Shown here one piece after another: positions 35,331-44,788 of a DNA stretch of 64,000 nt. The notes below the pieces were generated by a model. That model was given only the letters and a program-made list of their open reading frames with translations, did no database searches and had not been told where the DNA came from. The position numbers were made by a program, and so were the translations under genes. Within the stretch, counting starts at the first letter, position 1; each line of letters starts with the position of its first letter. This stretch comes from a virus. The stretch spans positions 1-64,000 of IMG/VR virus record IMGVR_UViG_3300042191_000299; one strand, 5' to 3'.

Positions 35331-35503
35331 CCACGAAGACACAGCCCGTTCGTATTCGGCAAGATGTCCACGCCGCGATCGTAACCTGCCAACAGGAGGT
35401 ACTTCGCCGCGGGTGGAAAGCGTTCGGTATTGCTAGAGCCGACCAGCCTACGCTGTCTGCGGTCATCGAAGAGGCCGTGAAGCGGCTCCGCCCCAGGAGT
35501 TGA
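35327..35503 (+). CDS. small ribbon-helix-helix-like protein (tentative)
   Basis: ATGA overlap. VRIRQDVHAAIV...TLSAVIEEAVKRL. Confidence 0.4.
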   Translation: MTTKTQPVRIRQDVHAAIVTCQQEVLRRGWKAFGIARADQPTLSAVIEEAVKRLRPRS

Positions 35504-35535
35504 CACGCCAGACCGCCCGGCCGTACGCTAGTTGA

Positions 35536-35718
35536 ATGGCGAAACGACGGCGCAAGAAGATCTTCGGGTTGTTCGGTCGGGCGAAGAGCCGCCGTGGCGG
35601 CAAGATGGCGGCGCGGATGCGCAACAAGCCCGCGGCGTGCAAGCGCGAGCTGGGCGACTGCATGCGCGCCAAGCGCGGTCCCGGGCGCTGCATGAAGGCG
35701 TACCACGCCTGCGGGTAA
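35536..35718 (+). CDS. very basic small protein
   Basis: 60 aa. Starts MAKRRRKKIFGLFGRAKSRRGGK. Confidence 0.45.
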   Translation: MAKRRRKKIFGLFGRAKSRRGGKMAARMRNKPAACKRELGDCMRAKRGPGRCMKAYHACG

Positions 35719-35870
35719 GCGCTGGTGGATCATCGTCCACAGCAGGGTTGGGTCGCCCCCGCACGGGGTGGCGCTGCATTGGCGGTGTCCCACGGGCCGC
35801 GGGTGGGGGCCGTGCGGCCGGTGCCGGTGGTGCGCGCTGGAGGAATCGGGATGCTGCGGAGGAAGCGCTG

Positions 35871-36116
35871 ATGGCCGCGCGCTGCACACCGTGGAAGGAA
35901 CAGCATTTCGCCTCGGGCGCGACGGCGATCGTCAGCACGTGCGGGGCGGGTGTTGAACTGCAGGTGCGCCCCGATGACTGGGCGAAACAGTCGGGCCCGT
36001 CGGGCTACATCGTGAAGCGCAATGGCCGCATCGTTCGGCACGGATACGTGCGGACGCTGACCGGCGTGAAGAAGGCCGCGCGGCGCCAGGCTGGAGCGAA
36101 GGGCGGCGTGCCGTGA
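35871..36116 (+). CDS. hypothetical small protein
   Basis: Starts at MAARCTPWKEQHF. 81 aa. Confidence 0.4.
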   Translation: MAARCTPWKEQHFASGATAIVSTCGAGVELQVRPDDWAKQSGPSGYIVKRNGRIVRHGYVRTLTGVKKAARRQAGAKGGVP

Positions 36117-36376
36117 GCAGCAAGGGCGAATACTGCGCGGTGCGACTCGTGCACAAGATATCGCCGTCCGCGAAGGACACGATGGACGTCAGGATTTCAC
36201 CCACCGCGTTTTCGAACAAGAACACGCTGGCGAAGGCACTCCGCAAGGCTGGTGTCCTCACGTCGGGCGTTCGCCTCCGGTCCTTTCGCGTCGAGGGGGA
36301 CAAGGTTGTCGCCTTCCCGACCGGCCGGTTCAACGTGTGGCACTCGGTCATCATGACCTGCGAAAGGGACGAGTAG
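36113..36376 (+). CDS. hypothetical small protein
   Basis: 87 aa. GTGA overlap with the upstream ORF. Confidence 0.5.
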   Translation: MSSKGEYCAVRLVHKISPSAKDTMDVRISPTAFSNKNTLAKALRKAGVLTSGVRLRSFRVEGDKVVAFPTGRFNVWHSVIMTCERDE

Positions 36377-36379
36377 GCC

Positions 36380-36574
36380 GTGAGCGTCAACGCCGCCGTC
36401 TGCAAGCTCTACCAGGCGCTCTCCAAAGAGCACGGGGGCAACTACACCGTCACCGTGACGGGCGGGGGGCGCATGCTGGCGAAGAGCGCGGGCGTCAACG
36501 CCCCGTATGTCGGCCCGGTGTGCACCGGGATGATGGCGGGGGCCCGGCGGCGAAAGCGGAGGCGCCGACGATGA
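36380..36574 (+). CDS. hypothetical small protein with poly-Arg tail
   Basis: 64 aa. Ends RRRKRRRRR. Confidence 0.45.
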   Translation: MSVNAAVCKLYQALSKEHGGNYTVTVTGGGRMLAKSAGVNAPYVGPVCTGMMAGARRRKRRRRR

Positions 36575-36990
36575 AACCAGTGCTCGCCCTTCTGCTCTCA
36601 GTGGGCGCCATCGGCGCAGGCGCGTTCGTGCTCCACCGGTCCAGCGGTGGGTTGTCGTTGAGTGGCGCTCAGCGCCGTCGATCCACCTTCCGTGGCCCGG
36701 CCGAGACCCGCGAGCTGGAGCGGTTCTGCGAAAACGACGGCGATCTCTACCGTCAGCAGGTGCAGCCGATTGAGAAGAACCTGAAGAAGAAGCTGGCCAA
36801 AGGCGTCTTCGACCCCGCCAAGGCCGAGAAGCTGTGGGGCTACCTGGCGGAGAATTGCGCCAAGAAGTATGCGCGCGAGTTTGGAGACGGCATGCCCTGG
36901 CACAAGATGTTCTCCACGGCCGACCGGCGCGAGGTGGCGCGATCGTTCAACAGGAGCTTCATGCGCGAGGAGGGGGGTATCTCCACGTGA
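36571..36990 (+). CDS. hypothetical protein with N-terminal signal/TM segment
   Basis: Starts at MKPVLALLLSVGAIGAGAFVL. 139 aa. Confidence 0.55.
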   Translation: MKPVLALLLSVGAIGAGAFVLHRSSGGLSLSGAQRRRSTFRGPAETRELERFCENDGDLYRQQVQPIEKNLKKKLAKGVFDPAKAEKLWGYLAENCAKKYAREFGDGMPWHKMFSTADRREVARSFNRSFMREEGGIST

Positions 36991-37202
36991 AGACCAAGAA
37001 AGAAGCGCACAAGAATGACCTGCGGCGGCTGATCGCCCCCGAGCGGGTCAAGGTCATCCTGAGGCGCATCAGGCAGGGGGCGTTCGGCGCTACCGCGGCC
37101 GAGATCGGCAGCAGCGTGATCCTGCATGGCGAGATCCAAAGCGCACTGCAGAACCACACCGAGGCGACCACCGCCCGCAAACGTGGTAGAGCCAAAGCAT
37201 GA
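36987..37202 (+). CDS. hypothetical small protein
   Basis: GTG in a GTGA overlap. 71 aa. Confidence 0.4.
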   Translation: MKTKKEAHKNDLRRLIAPERVKVILRRIRQGAFGATAAEIGSSVILHGEIQSALQNHTEATTARKRGRAKA

Positions 37203-37360
37203 TTGTCCTTTGGTCCATTCTGTGTCTGATCGTGGGGCTGCTGCTCTACGCGTACCCCAGCAACGCCAAGATTCAGCGCATCGGCGAGATCATGATCTTC
37301 TGGGGAATCGGGGTGACGCTGCTGGCACTCACCCGCGCCGGCCCGGTCAAGTTGTTGTAA
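37199..37360 (+). CDS. 53-aa two-TM membrane peptide (below the ORF-track cutoff)
   Basis: Hand translation gives MIVLWSILCLIVGLLLYAYPSNAKIQRIGEIMIFWGIGVTLLALTRAGPVKLL. ATGA overlap. Confidence 0.45.
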   Translation: MIVLWSILCLIVGLLLYAYPSNAKIQRIGEIMIFWGIGVTLLALTRAGPVKLL

Positions 37361-37373
37361 GGGAGGGACAGCG

Positions 37374-37565
37374 GTGACACACAGCCAAATCAATCGGGCG
37401 TGGCATAGATGCATAGTTCGTGCATCGCGCGCACCGACCAAGAAGGCACTGAAGATCATCGCCAGGTGCGCTGTCCGTATAGGGGACCCGATCGGCGACG
37501 ACCGTGAGCTGCGGCAGCTCGTCCGCGAGGCGCACAAGATAGACTGGCGCAAACTCCGCAGCTGA
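37374..37565 (+). CDS. hypothetical small protein
   Basis: GTG preceded by AAGGGAGGGA. 63 aa. Confidence 0.5.
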   Translation: MTHSQINRAWHRCIVRASRAPTKKALKIIARCAVRIGDPIGDDRELRQLVREAHKIDWRKLRS

Positions 37566-37567
37566 AT

Positions 37568-37741
37568 TCACGCCTCGGCGAGTAGCGCTTGCGCTGCGCG
37601 CATGGCGCGCACCTCACCAGAGTCCCACGCGTGGTGTCCGTACACCCAGCATATTCCTTCGTCGCCGACTACGGGATATGCGGGTACCCACGAATGCATG
37701 AACACACCGTGCACGAGCGTGGTTACCGGCGTCGGCTTCAT
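37568..37741 (-). CDS. hypothetical small protein
   Basis: Starts at MKPTPVTTLVHG. 57 aa. Confidence 0.4.
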   Translation of the reverse strand: MKPTPVTTLVHGVFMHSWVPAYPVVGDEGICWVYGHHAWDSGEVRAMRAAQALLAEA

Positions 37742-37891
37742 GTGCGCCAGCGAGCGCGCTCCACCAGCTGCACAGCGCGCGGGACACGAACAGCTGTCTG
37801 CCACACTTCGGCACACGCCGTGTAGCGCACGCGGCGCGACCAGCGACCGGGCCCGGAGCCTGTGCGGCGGTAGAGCGTCATAACCACTCGT

Positions 37892-38332
37892 TCACACTGG
37901 CGGGAACGGCGGCGCCTGCGGACACGGCACCAGCCAAGAATCGCCCGGCACGTCGATCGCGTGGGCGTGTAGCTGGACCCGCTTCACGTGAAGGGCGCGG
38001 AAGCACCGAGGGCCCTGCGCGGGCGGTTCGTCGACGTCGTGGAAGCGTACCGTGCCGGTGCTGCAGGTCCGGTAGTGCTTGGCGGCCTTGGCGTGCGCGG
38101 CCATCCACTCCTGGTGCGCCAGCGCGATTCTACCGGCGTGCAAGGCGGCGGCGTTGACGAGCAGGCGGTCGATTTCTGCCGCCGCCGCTGCTTTCGGGCT
38201 GCACTCGGCGACGCACCAGGCGCAGAGACCCTCGGCGACGCCGGAGCCAGTGCCGCTGCAGCCGGTGAGACGGCCGTGGTTGGGGCTAGAGCACTGGCAG
38301 GTGAAGTAGCGGTCCGCTGTACCGGCGGCCAT
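37892..38332 (-). CDS. Cys-rich hypothetical protein
   Basis: Starts at MAAGTADRYFTCQCSSPNHG, in a TGATG overlap with the upstream stop. Confidence 0.5.
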   Translation of the reverse strand: MAAGTADRYFTCQCSSPNHGRLTGCSGTGSGVAEGLCAWCVAECSPKAAAAAEIDRLLVNAAALHAGRIALAHQEWMAAHAKAAKHYRTCSTGTVRFHDVDEPPAQGPRCFRALHVKRVQLHAHAIDVPGDSWLVPCPQAPPFPPV

Positions 38333-38520
38333 CACTGCACCAGCCTCACCAGCACCTGCCGACCGTGCGTGATGACGTCGGCCGACCACGCCGGCGCAAT
38401 CCACACCCCTGCGGCGCAGGCGACGCCCAGCACGAACAGCACGCAGGCCACCGCGCCGAACAGACGGAGCACCAGGGCGAGCGTCAGCACGGCCACCAGC
38501 CCGACCAGCACGCCGATCAC
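38332..38520 (-). CDS. two-TM membrane peptide
   Basis: 62 aa. Almost entirely hydrophobic (IGVLVGLVAVLTLALVLRLFGAVACVLFVLGVACAAGVW). Confidence 0.55.
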   Translation of the reverse strand: MIGVLVGLVAVLTLALVLRLFGAVACVLFVLGVACAAGVWIAPAWSADVITHGRQVLVRLVQ

Positions 38521-38723
38521 GCGGCACCTCGCGTGGTCCAGCGCCCAAACAGCGGTGCGTGGAACAGGACCGAATTGTGCGCCTGCAAGCGGGCGTGCGA
38601 CCAGATCAGTAGCTCGCCCACCGTGACGGTGGACGGGCGCTTCTCCGGGTGCAGATCCAAGTAGTCGGCGAGTAGCTCGTCGAGCGCGTGGTGGAGGCTG
38701 TGGTTGCGATCGGCGCGGTTCAC
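38517..38723 (-). CDS. hypothetical small protein
   Basis: 68 aa. ATGA overlap. Confidence 0.5.
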   Translation of the reverse strand: MNRADRNHSLHHALDELLADYLDLHPEKRPSTVTVGELLIWSHARLQAHNSVLFHAPLFGRWTTRGAA

Positions 38724-38724
38724 G

Positions 38725-39186
38725 TTACGCCGCCTTCCTGAGCAGCTTCAACGACGCCCGGATGATCTCGTCGGCCGTGCCGTTCGAGCCCACGCGTGCC
38801 AGCACCGGCTCGATTTCGCCGTTCGTGTAACCGAGGTACTTCAATCCGCCGCGTGCATCCTTCACCGTGACCGGCTCCATGGTGCGAATGGGGATCACCT
38901 TGGCGTGTGGCGCGTGAACAATAGGGTGCTCTTCGCGGGCGGCCTTTCCTTGCTCGGAGGTGAACGTCCACCTGAAGAAGCGGATCCACAGCTGCAGCGG
39001 CACGATGCACAGCAGCCCGAAGGTGAACGCCGAGAGCGCCACCGCGGTGCAGCCGGTCTGGCCGAACAGCCACGTGGTGAACTTGGCGAGCAGCTCACCC
39101 ACGATGCCGGTGGTGGTGCCGAAGGCCAGAAAGAACGAGAAGGACAGGAGCGTGATACCGAGGAAGGGACGGAATTTGGTTTTCAT
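38725..39186 (-). CDS. membrane protein with RuvA-domain-III-like C-terminus (tentative)
   Basis: N-terminal TM segments. C-terminal GLKYLGYTNGEIEPVLARV..ADEIIRASLKLL. Conserved RBS AAGGAAAAACGCC. Confidence 0.55.
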   Translation of the reverse strand: MKTKFRPFLGITLLSFSFFLAFGTTTGIVGELLAKFTTWLFGQTGCTAVALSAFTFGLLCIVPLQLWIRFFRWTFTSEQGKAAREEHPIVHAPHAKVIPIRTMEPVTVKDARGGLKYLGYTNGEIEPVLARVGSNGTADEIIRASLKLLRKAA

Positions 39187-39203
39187 GGCGTTTTTCCTTT
39201 CGA

Positions 39204-39221
39204 CTGCCAGTTATACAGCAA
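39204..39221. promoter_or_regulatory. 18-bp quasi-palindromic motif, copy 1 (CTGCCAGTTATACAGCAA)
   Basis: One of 5 near-identical intergenic copies (NTGC-CAGTTANNNN-RCAR). On the minus strand it contains TATAAC about 30 nt upstream of ATG 39186. Confidence 0.6.
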
Positions 39222-39233
39222 TCGGCGCGCCGT

Positions 39234-39287
39234 GCGCAATACTTGAGCGCAATACGTTATGTATTGCGTCAGTGTGGTGGTTTTGCG

Positions 39288-39292
<5 letters not shown>
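39234..39292. promoter_or_regulatory. cluster of short repeats: GCGCAATAC x2 direct plus 1 inverted; TTGCGTCAGT x2
   Basis: GCGCAATAC-TTGA-GCGCAATACG-TTAT-GTATTGCG at 39234-39268. TTGCGTCAGT at 39264 and 39283. GAGCGCAATACG is also present at 7087-7098. Confidence 0.55.
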
Positions 39293-39960
<668 letters not shown>

Positions 39961-39986
<26 letters not shown>

Positions 39987-40161
39987 CTATCGCCGCCACC
40001 ACTTCGGGCGCCACCGTGAGGGAGCTTTTGCAGCTCCTACAGGTGCGCAGGCAGTAGAGCACCCGGCCGTCACTGTCGGGCCACTCTTTGCCGGGGTCGG
40101 TGGTGGCGGCGACCTGGGCAGGGTCGGTGCGGTCGATGTCGGGATGTCCCGTGACACACAT
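39961..40161 (-). CDS. hypothetical small protein
   Basis: GC3 rises sharply from ATG 40161 (MCVTGHPDID). Overlaps the next gene by 26 nt. Confidence 0.35.
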
Positions 40162-40211
40162 GGCGTGTCTTGCACCTCGGCAAATTGCTCTTGCAGCTTT
40201 AGCCACATTTG

Positions 40212-40538
40212 TCAGCTCGCCATCAGCGCCAGGGCGGCCCATCGCCAGTGGAACAGCTCTTTGCCGAGCATCGTGAGTTGGCAGAGGTACATGGGCGATG
40301 TCTGTGGCGGGTGCCCAACGAGGCGCTTGTCTACCGTCACGTTGCCACCGTACAACGCGTGAATGTGCCCGCACGCGCCGCTGTTAAGCGTGAAGTCGAC
40401 TTCGTCTGGTCGATCAATCTCGTGTCCACCGCACGAGCACGTCAGCAGGCGAGCTGTGCGGGTAGCGGAGCGCCTACTGTGGATTGCCACCCAGTGCCCG
40501 GTGGTGTTGCCCAGTTGTGCCACCAGCGCGACCTTCAC
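40212..40538 (-). CDS. hypothetical protein
   Basis: GTG in a GTGA overlap with the upstream stop. 108 aa. Confidence 0.45.
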   Translation of the reverse strand: MKVALVAQLGNTTGHWVAIHSRRSATRTARLLTCSCGGHEIDRPDEVDFTLNSGACGHIHALYGGNVTVDKRLVGHPPQTSPMYLCQLTMLGKELFHWRWAALALMAS

Positions 40539-41101
40539 GGCCCACTCCACGGAAACTTCGGCAGCGCACGCACCTCGCCAGCTGTGCTTGCTCCGATGGT
40601 AGCCACGTCGCATGCTCCGATGAACGCCGCAGGAGCCCACGGCGCCTGCGTCACCACGCGGCGAGTCTCCTTCGCACGCGGCCAGTACAGCGTGGCCACG
40701 CCCTGGTCGACGCGCACCACGAACGTGCACGGATCGTCGAGGCCCTTCCACGGCGTGGGGGTGGCGTCGCCTACAATCATCGTGTACGCCGCGTGGCAAG
40801 CCCTTGGCTTGGTGCTACGGTCACACGCAGGTGGGTCGGCCATGACCAGTGCGATCGTCAGCACCGTGTCGTCGTGCCGCATGATGCACAGGTCGTCGTC
40901 TTCAGCGCATTCGACGGCGACTGTGTGCGGGCGCGGGGGACCGTAGTTCCACGCTGGCGCGCGGGGGTCGACGGGAATCTGTACCGGGCCCGCAAACGGG
41001 TCGACAAACTCGCTAGCCGGCTTGAAGTTGCGGAAGATGTTGAAGTCGATCGTCTGGCTTGGCGGAGCCAGGAGCGACAAGACCAAAAGCAGCGCGTGCA
41101 T
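40535..41101 (-). CDS. secreted protein (signal peptide)
   Basis: N-terminal MHALLLVLSLLAPPSQ. 188 aa. Confidence 0.6.
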   Translation of the reverse strand: MHALLLVLSLLAPPSQTIDFNIFRNFKPASEFVDPFAGPVQIPVDPRAPAWNYGPPRPHTVAVECAEDDDLCIMRHDDTVLTIALVMADPPACDRSTKPRACHAAYTMIVGDATPTPWKGLDDPCTFVVRVDQGVATLYWPRAKETRRVVTQAPWAPAAFIGACDVATIGASTAGEVRALPKFPWSGP

Positions 41102-41199
41102 TAGAAGATCCCTTCGAGTAAGGCAACGATGATATCTGAAACAGGCTCCACCGCGCCGAGCGTGATGATGCCGAGGAGGGCAATAGCAAAGGCTTTCAT
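41101..41199 (-). CDS. 32-aa hydrophobic peptide
   Basis: MKAFAIALLGIITLGAVEPVSDIIVALLEGIF. ATGA overlap with the upstream stop. Confidence 0.35.
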   Translation of the reverse strand: MKAFAIALLGIITLGAVEPVSDIIVALLEGIF

Positions 41200-41447
41200 T
41201 GGCGTGCCCCCAGCTGCACAGAGACGATCGGCAGGGGCGATTGTGGTGGCGCCTCCAGCAGGATCAGCTCGTGCATGGCGCAGCAGGTCCACCAGGTCGC
41301 GAGGATGCTGCACGTGTAGGTGGCGTTCTCTGACACCTGCGCGGCGATCTCCCAGATGTGCTGGTTCACCTCAAGCTGCTCGAACACAATGCAGCGGATG
41401 GTGGCGGAGCGGCGGGGGGTGCGTCCAGGGGCGCCCAGCGCGGTCAC
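41196..41447 (-). CDS. hypothetical small protein
   Basis: GTG in a GTGA overlap. 83 aa. Confidence 0.45.
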   Translation of the reverse strand: MTALGAPGRTPRRSATIRCIVFEQLEVNQHIWEIAAQVSENATYTCSILATWWTCCAMHELILLEAPPQSPLPIVSVQLGARQ

Positions 41448-41728
41448 GCGGCACCTCGCACGGTCGCGACAATCGCGTCAATGGCTTCGCGTGCCCTGCG
41501 ATAGCTCGGGGTGTTGCTGGTTGGAGTGCCGTCAGGCTCCTCGAAGCGCACGCGGTAGCGCAACGCCGGGTTGGGGGCCAACCCGGGCAAGTACAGCGCG
41601 AGCTGTGCGACGTGCACGCCGTCCACCAGGATTCGCCAGCCGATCATGCAGTCGGCCATTCGGCTCGTCTCGGGTGCAGGCAGGCGCTGGACACCCCGGT
41701 GACGGACGAGCTTGCCCTTGCCGGTCAC
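41444..41728 (-). CDS. hypothetical small protein
   Basis: GTG in a GTGA overlap. 94 aa. Confidence 0.45.
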   Translation of the reverse strand: MTGKGKLVRHRGVQRLPAPETSRMADCMIGWRILVDGVHVAQLALYLPGLAPNPALRYRVRFEEPDGTPTSNTPSYRRAREAIDAIVATVRGAA

Positions 41729-42021
41729 GACTGCACCTCAGCCGCGCGCTGGTATTCCTCTTCGGCGAGGGGCTCCGATACCGACACTAGCTCGTACAGC
41801 GCCTTGGGGTGCTCGGCCTCGATCACACGGCGGGCGCCGTCCTCGGTCAGCGCAACCGCTCGGTAGACGCCGTCGTCCATGGAAGATCTGAACGTCCAGA
41901 TGCGGCCCCAGGGACTCTCCGGCAGTTGTGCGCCGAAGTACGCGACACCCATGTATTGCCGATAGCGCTCGGTGTTGTCGAACTGGACCACCCCGTGCGC
42001 ACTTCCAATGTAGTGTGACAT
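41725..42021 (-). CDS. hypothetical protein
   Basis: 98 aa. Conserved RBS GGGAGAAACGCCAAATG. First gene of the minus-strand block. Confidence 0.6.
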   Translation of the reverse strand: MSHYIGSAHGVVQFDNTERYRQYMGVAYFGAQLPESPWGRIWTFRSSMDDGVYRAVALTEDGARRVIEAEHPKALYELVSVSEPLAEEEYQRAAEVQS

Positions 42022-42038
42022 TTGGCGTTTCTCCCTTG

Positions 42039-42056
42039 TTGCCAGTTATACAGCAA
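42039..42056. promoter_or_regulatory. 18-bp quasi-palindromic motif, copy 2 (TTGCCAGTTATACAGCAA)
   Basis: Minus strand reads TTGGCG-N17-TATAAC upstream of ATG 42021. Confidence 0.6.
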
Positions 42057-42241
42057 CTGGTATGCCGCGCCAAGTTCCTCGATCGTGGCCACTTCGCAGC
42101 ACCGGTGTGCCGTTTTGGTGTCGCCGGATCGCCACACCCGATGCACACGCGCCACACACGTCGCGGTGCGCCATGAAGAAAAAGCTTGTCAGCCCACCTG
42201 TTAGTCGTGGTATGAGTTTGGCATCGAGGGCTTGATGCCGA

Positions 42242-42259
42242 TTGCCAGTTAACTGACAA
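42242..42259. promoter_or_regulatory. 18-bp motif, copy 3, variant (TTGCCAGTTAACTGACAA)
   Basis: Lies 17 nt upstream of ATG 42276, followed by the conserved RBS block. Confidence 0.5.
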
Positions 42260-42275
42260 GGAAGGAAAAACGCCA

Positions 42276-43448
42276 ATGACCAACCTGACCGCCATCCTCC
42301 GCGCCGCTCTCTTCTGCCCCGGGCCCGAGGGCTTCTGGGGTCTGCCACTGCTCCTGTGGGGGGAGCCGGGCGAAGGGAAGACCGCCGTCATCAAGGCTCT
42401 GGCATTGCAGCTGGGGCTCCCCTTCCACCGCCTGTCGCCGGCCGAGCAGGGCGAGGGCCGCTTTGGGGTGGTGCCAGTCCCGGGCATCGATGGCCTGCTG
42501 CATTACCCACCGCCGGCCGATCTGGTCACGCTGTTCGGTGACGGGGGACTCCTGTTCGTGGATGAGATCTCCACCGCGCCGCCGGCGCTGCAGGCCCCCC
42601 TGTTGGGGCTGGTGCAGCTGCGCACTTTGGGCAACCACACCTTCCCTGCCCGCACACGCATGATCGGTGCCGGCAACGAGACCCGCGACGCCGCGGGCGG
42701 CTGGGACCTGGCGCCCGCGCTCTGCAACCGGTTCGGCCACATCGACTACAGCGGCCTCGAAGCGAACGCGTGGGCCGGTGGGCTGTTGGGGCACTTCTCG
42801 AACATGGATGGAGCGAGCCCAGGCGATCCTCTGCCGGCGGCCGCGCTGGAGGCGATGGTCATGGAGGCGTGGCCCGCGGCGGACGCCCACGCGCGCGGCT
42901 TCGTCAGCGCCTTCATTCGCGTGCGGCCCGAGCTGCTGCGCAAGCGCCCCGCCAAGGGCTCCCCCAACCGCGCCTGGCCGAGCCCCCGCTCGGTCGAATA
43001 CGCCACCGTGGCGCTCGCCTCAGCAAAGGTACACAACCTGTCCGAAGCAGACACCGACGAGCTGATGAGCGCCTTCGTGGGGCAGGGCTGGGTGAGCGAA
43101 TACCGCGCGTGGTCGGCCATGGCCGATCTGCCCAACCCTAGCGAGCTGTTGGACGGCAAGGTCAAGTTCGAGCACGACAATCGTCGGCTCGATCGCACGA
43201 TGGCCGTGCTGTCCGCGTGCGCTGCGCTGGTGATTCCTGTCGATGCGAAGAACCGCCTTGATCGCGTCCGAACGCTGTGGGGTTTGATCGCCGCGGTGTC
43301 TAAGGATGCGCCCGACACCGTCATCCCGATCGCCCGCGAGATCCTCAAGGTGCGCCTGCTGCTGAAAGGCGCGGGCATCCAGCAAGACACCTTGGCGGCG
43401 CTCCTGCCTCTGATGGTGCAGGCTGGCATCGCATCGGACGTGGTGTAG
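42276..43448 (+). CDS. MoxR/CobS-like AAA+ ATPase
   Basis: Walker A LLWGEPGEGKT, Walker B LLFVDEISTAPP, sensor CNRF. Confidence 0.8.
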   Translation: MTNLTAILRAALFCPGPEGFWGLPLLLWGEPGEGKTAVIKALALQLGLPFHRLSPAEQGEGRFGVVPVPGIDGLLHYPPPADLVTLFGDGGLLFVDEISTAPPALQAPLLGLVQLRTLGNHTFPARTRMIGAGNETRDAAGGWDLAPALCNRFGHIDYSGLEANAWAGGLLGHFSNMDGASPGDPLPAAALEAMVMEAWPAADAHARGFVSAFIRVRPELLRKRPAKGSPNRAWPSPRSVEYATVALASAKVHNLSEADTDELMSAFVGQGWVSEYRAWSAMADLPNPSELLDGKVKFEHDNRRLDRTMAVLSACAALVIPVDAKNRLDRVRTLWGLIAAVSKDAPDTVIPIAREILKVRLLLKGAGIQQDTLAALLPLMVQAGIASDVV

Positions 43449-43450
43449 CC

Positions 43451-44788
43451 GTGGCGAAAGCGGCCATGTCGCCACGTCAGAGAGTCGGCGTAGCCGTTGC
43501 GCGCATCACCGATCCGGGCACCGGCTACGCCCCATACTTCGGCGCCATGCTACGGGGCTTCGTGCGCCGCGAGATGTCCGCCGAGATGGAAGCGGCCATG
43601 AACGCCGTGGGGCTGATGCCGTCAATGGCGGTGTCAGCGGACGGGATCCTGTTCTGGTCGCCGACATTCGTCATGGAGCGGTCGATCGGCGAGCTGGCCT
43701 TCGTGCTCATGCACGAGACGATGCACGTGGTGCTCAAGCACTTCAGCCGCGCGAAGGCGCTGGGCGTGACGCCGGAGCGCCAGGCGCTGGCGAACATGGC
43801 GCAGGACGCGTGCATCAACGAGGAACTGCGGAAGGGCTGGCCGCACTTGGGCAAGGAAGGCATCTACCCCGAGTCGTTGGGGCAACCGCTGGGGCTGGTG
43901 TTCGAGGAGCGTTACCGCCGGCTGCTGCAGGAAAGGGCGAAACAAGACGGCGGCGCGGCTGACGGTGGTGGTGAAGGTGGTGCCGACAAAAAGCAGGGCG
44001 ATGGCCCGGGGCGCGGATGGTGTGGCAGCTGCGCCAACCATCCTGTGCCCGGGGAGGCACCCCCGGGCAGCAGCCGCGACGCGCGGTCAGAGGCGGAGAT
44101 GGAACGCTTTCGGCGTGAGACGGCCCACGCGGTGAAGGCGCAGTCCAACAAGGGACGGGGCATCGTGCCGGACAGCCTCAATCGATGGGCGGACCAGATG
44201 CTGGCGCCCCCCGTGGTCGACTGGCGCACGAAGCTGGCCCGGTCGGTGCGCGCCGCGGTGTCCTACCGACCGGGTGCGGTGGACTTTGCCTGGACGAAGG
44301 TGTCACGGCGCCAGGCAGGAATCGGCTACGGGCCGGGGCGCCCGATCGTACCCGGGTTCCGCGCACCGGTGCCCCGGGTCGCCTGCATCGTCGACACATC
44401 AGGGTCAATGGGCGAGGTCGAGCTGACGGCGGCCGCGAGCGAGCTGCAGGGAGTGCTGGGGGCGGTGGGCGCCGACGTCACGGTGTGCACGGTCGATGCG
44501 GCGGTGCACGACCTGCAGCAGGTGTCGTCGATTCAGGCGGCGTGCGCGCTGATGAAGGGCGGCGGGGGAACGTCGATGACCCCTGGGTTCGAGGCGCTCG
44601 CCAAGCACCAGCCGCGCTCCGAGGTGGTTATCGTGCTGACTGACGGTGAGATCGGCGATGGCTACCCTGCAGTCGAACCGGCGTGGTGCAAGACGATCTG
44701 GTGCGTGGTGGGGAGCTACGCCGGCGATCCCTGCCCGTGGGGTGAGACGATCCACATTGAAGAGCAGCACGCGCAGGAGGCAGCGTGA
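43451..44788 (+). CDS. VWA-domain protein with N-terminal HExxH (DUF2201-like) domain
   Basis: MHETMHVVLKH. MIDAS motif CIVDTSGSM. VVIVLTDGE. GTG start (alternative ATG at 43466). Confidence 0.8.
   Translation: MAKAAMSPRQRVGVAVARITDPGTGYAPYFGAMLRGFVRREMSAEMEAAMNAVGLMPSMAVSADGILFWSPTFVMERSIGELAFVLMHETMHVVLKHFSRAKALGVTPERQALANMAQDACINEELRKGWPHLGKEGIYPESLGQPLGLVFEERYRRLLQERAKQDGGAADGGGEGGADKKQGDGPGRGWCGSCANHPVPGEAPPGSSRDARSEAEMERFRRETAHAVKAQSNKGRGIVPDSLNRWADQMLAPPVVDWRTKLARSVRAAVSYRPGAVDFAWTKVSRRQAGIGYGPGRPIVPGFRAPVPRVACIVDTSGSMGEVELTAAASELQGVLGAVGADVTVCTVDAAVHDLQQVSSIQAACALMKGGGGTSMTPGFEALAKHQPRSEVVIVLTDGEIGDGYPAVEPAWCKTIWCVVGSYAGDPCPWGETIHIEEQHAQEAA

Noticed and set aside
33963-35342. 459-aa minus-strand ORF.
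   Set aside because: It is a shadow ORF antisense to the 689-aa coiled-coil gene. It is Arg/Leu/Gly/His-rich and has no motifs.
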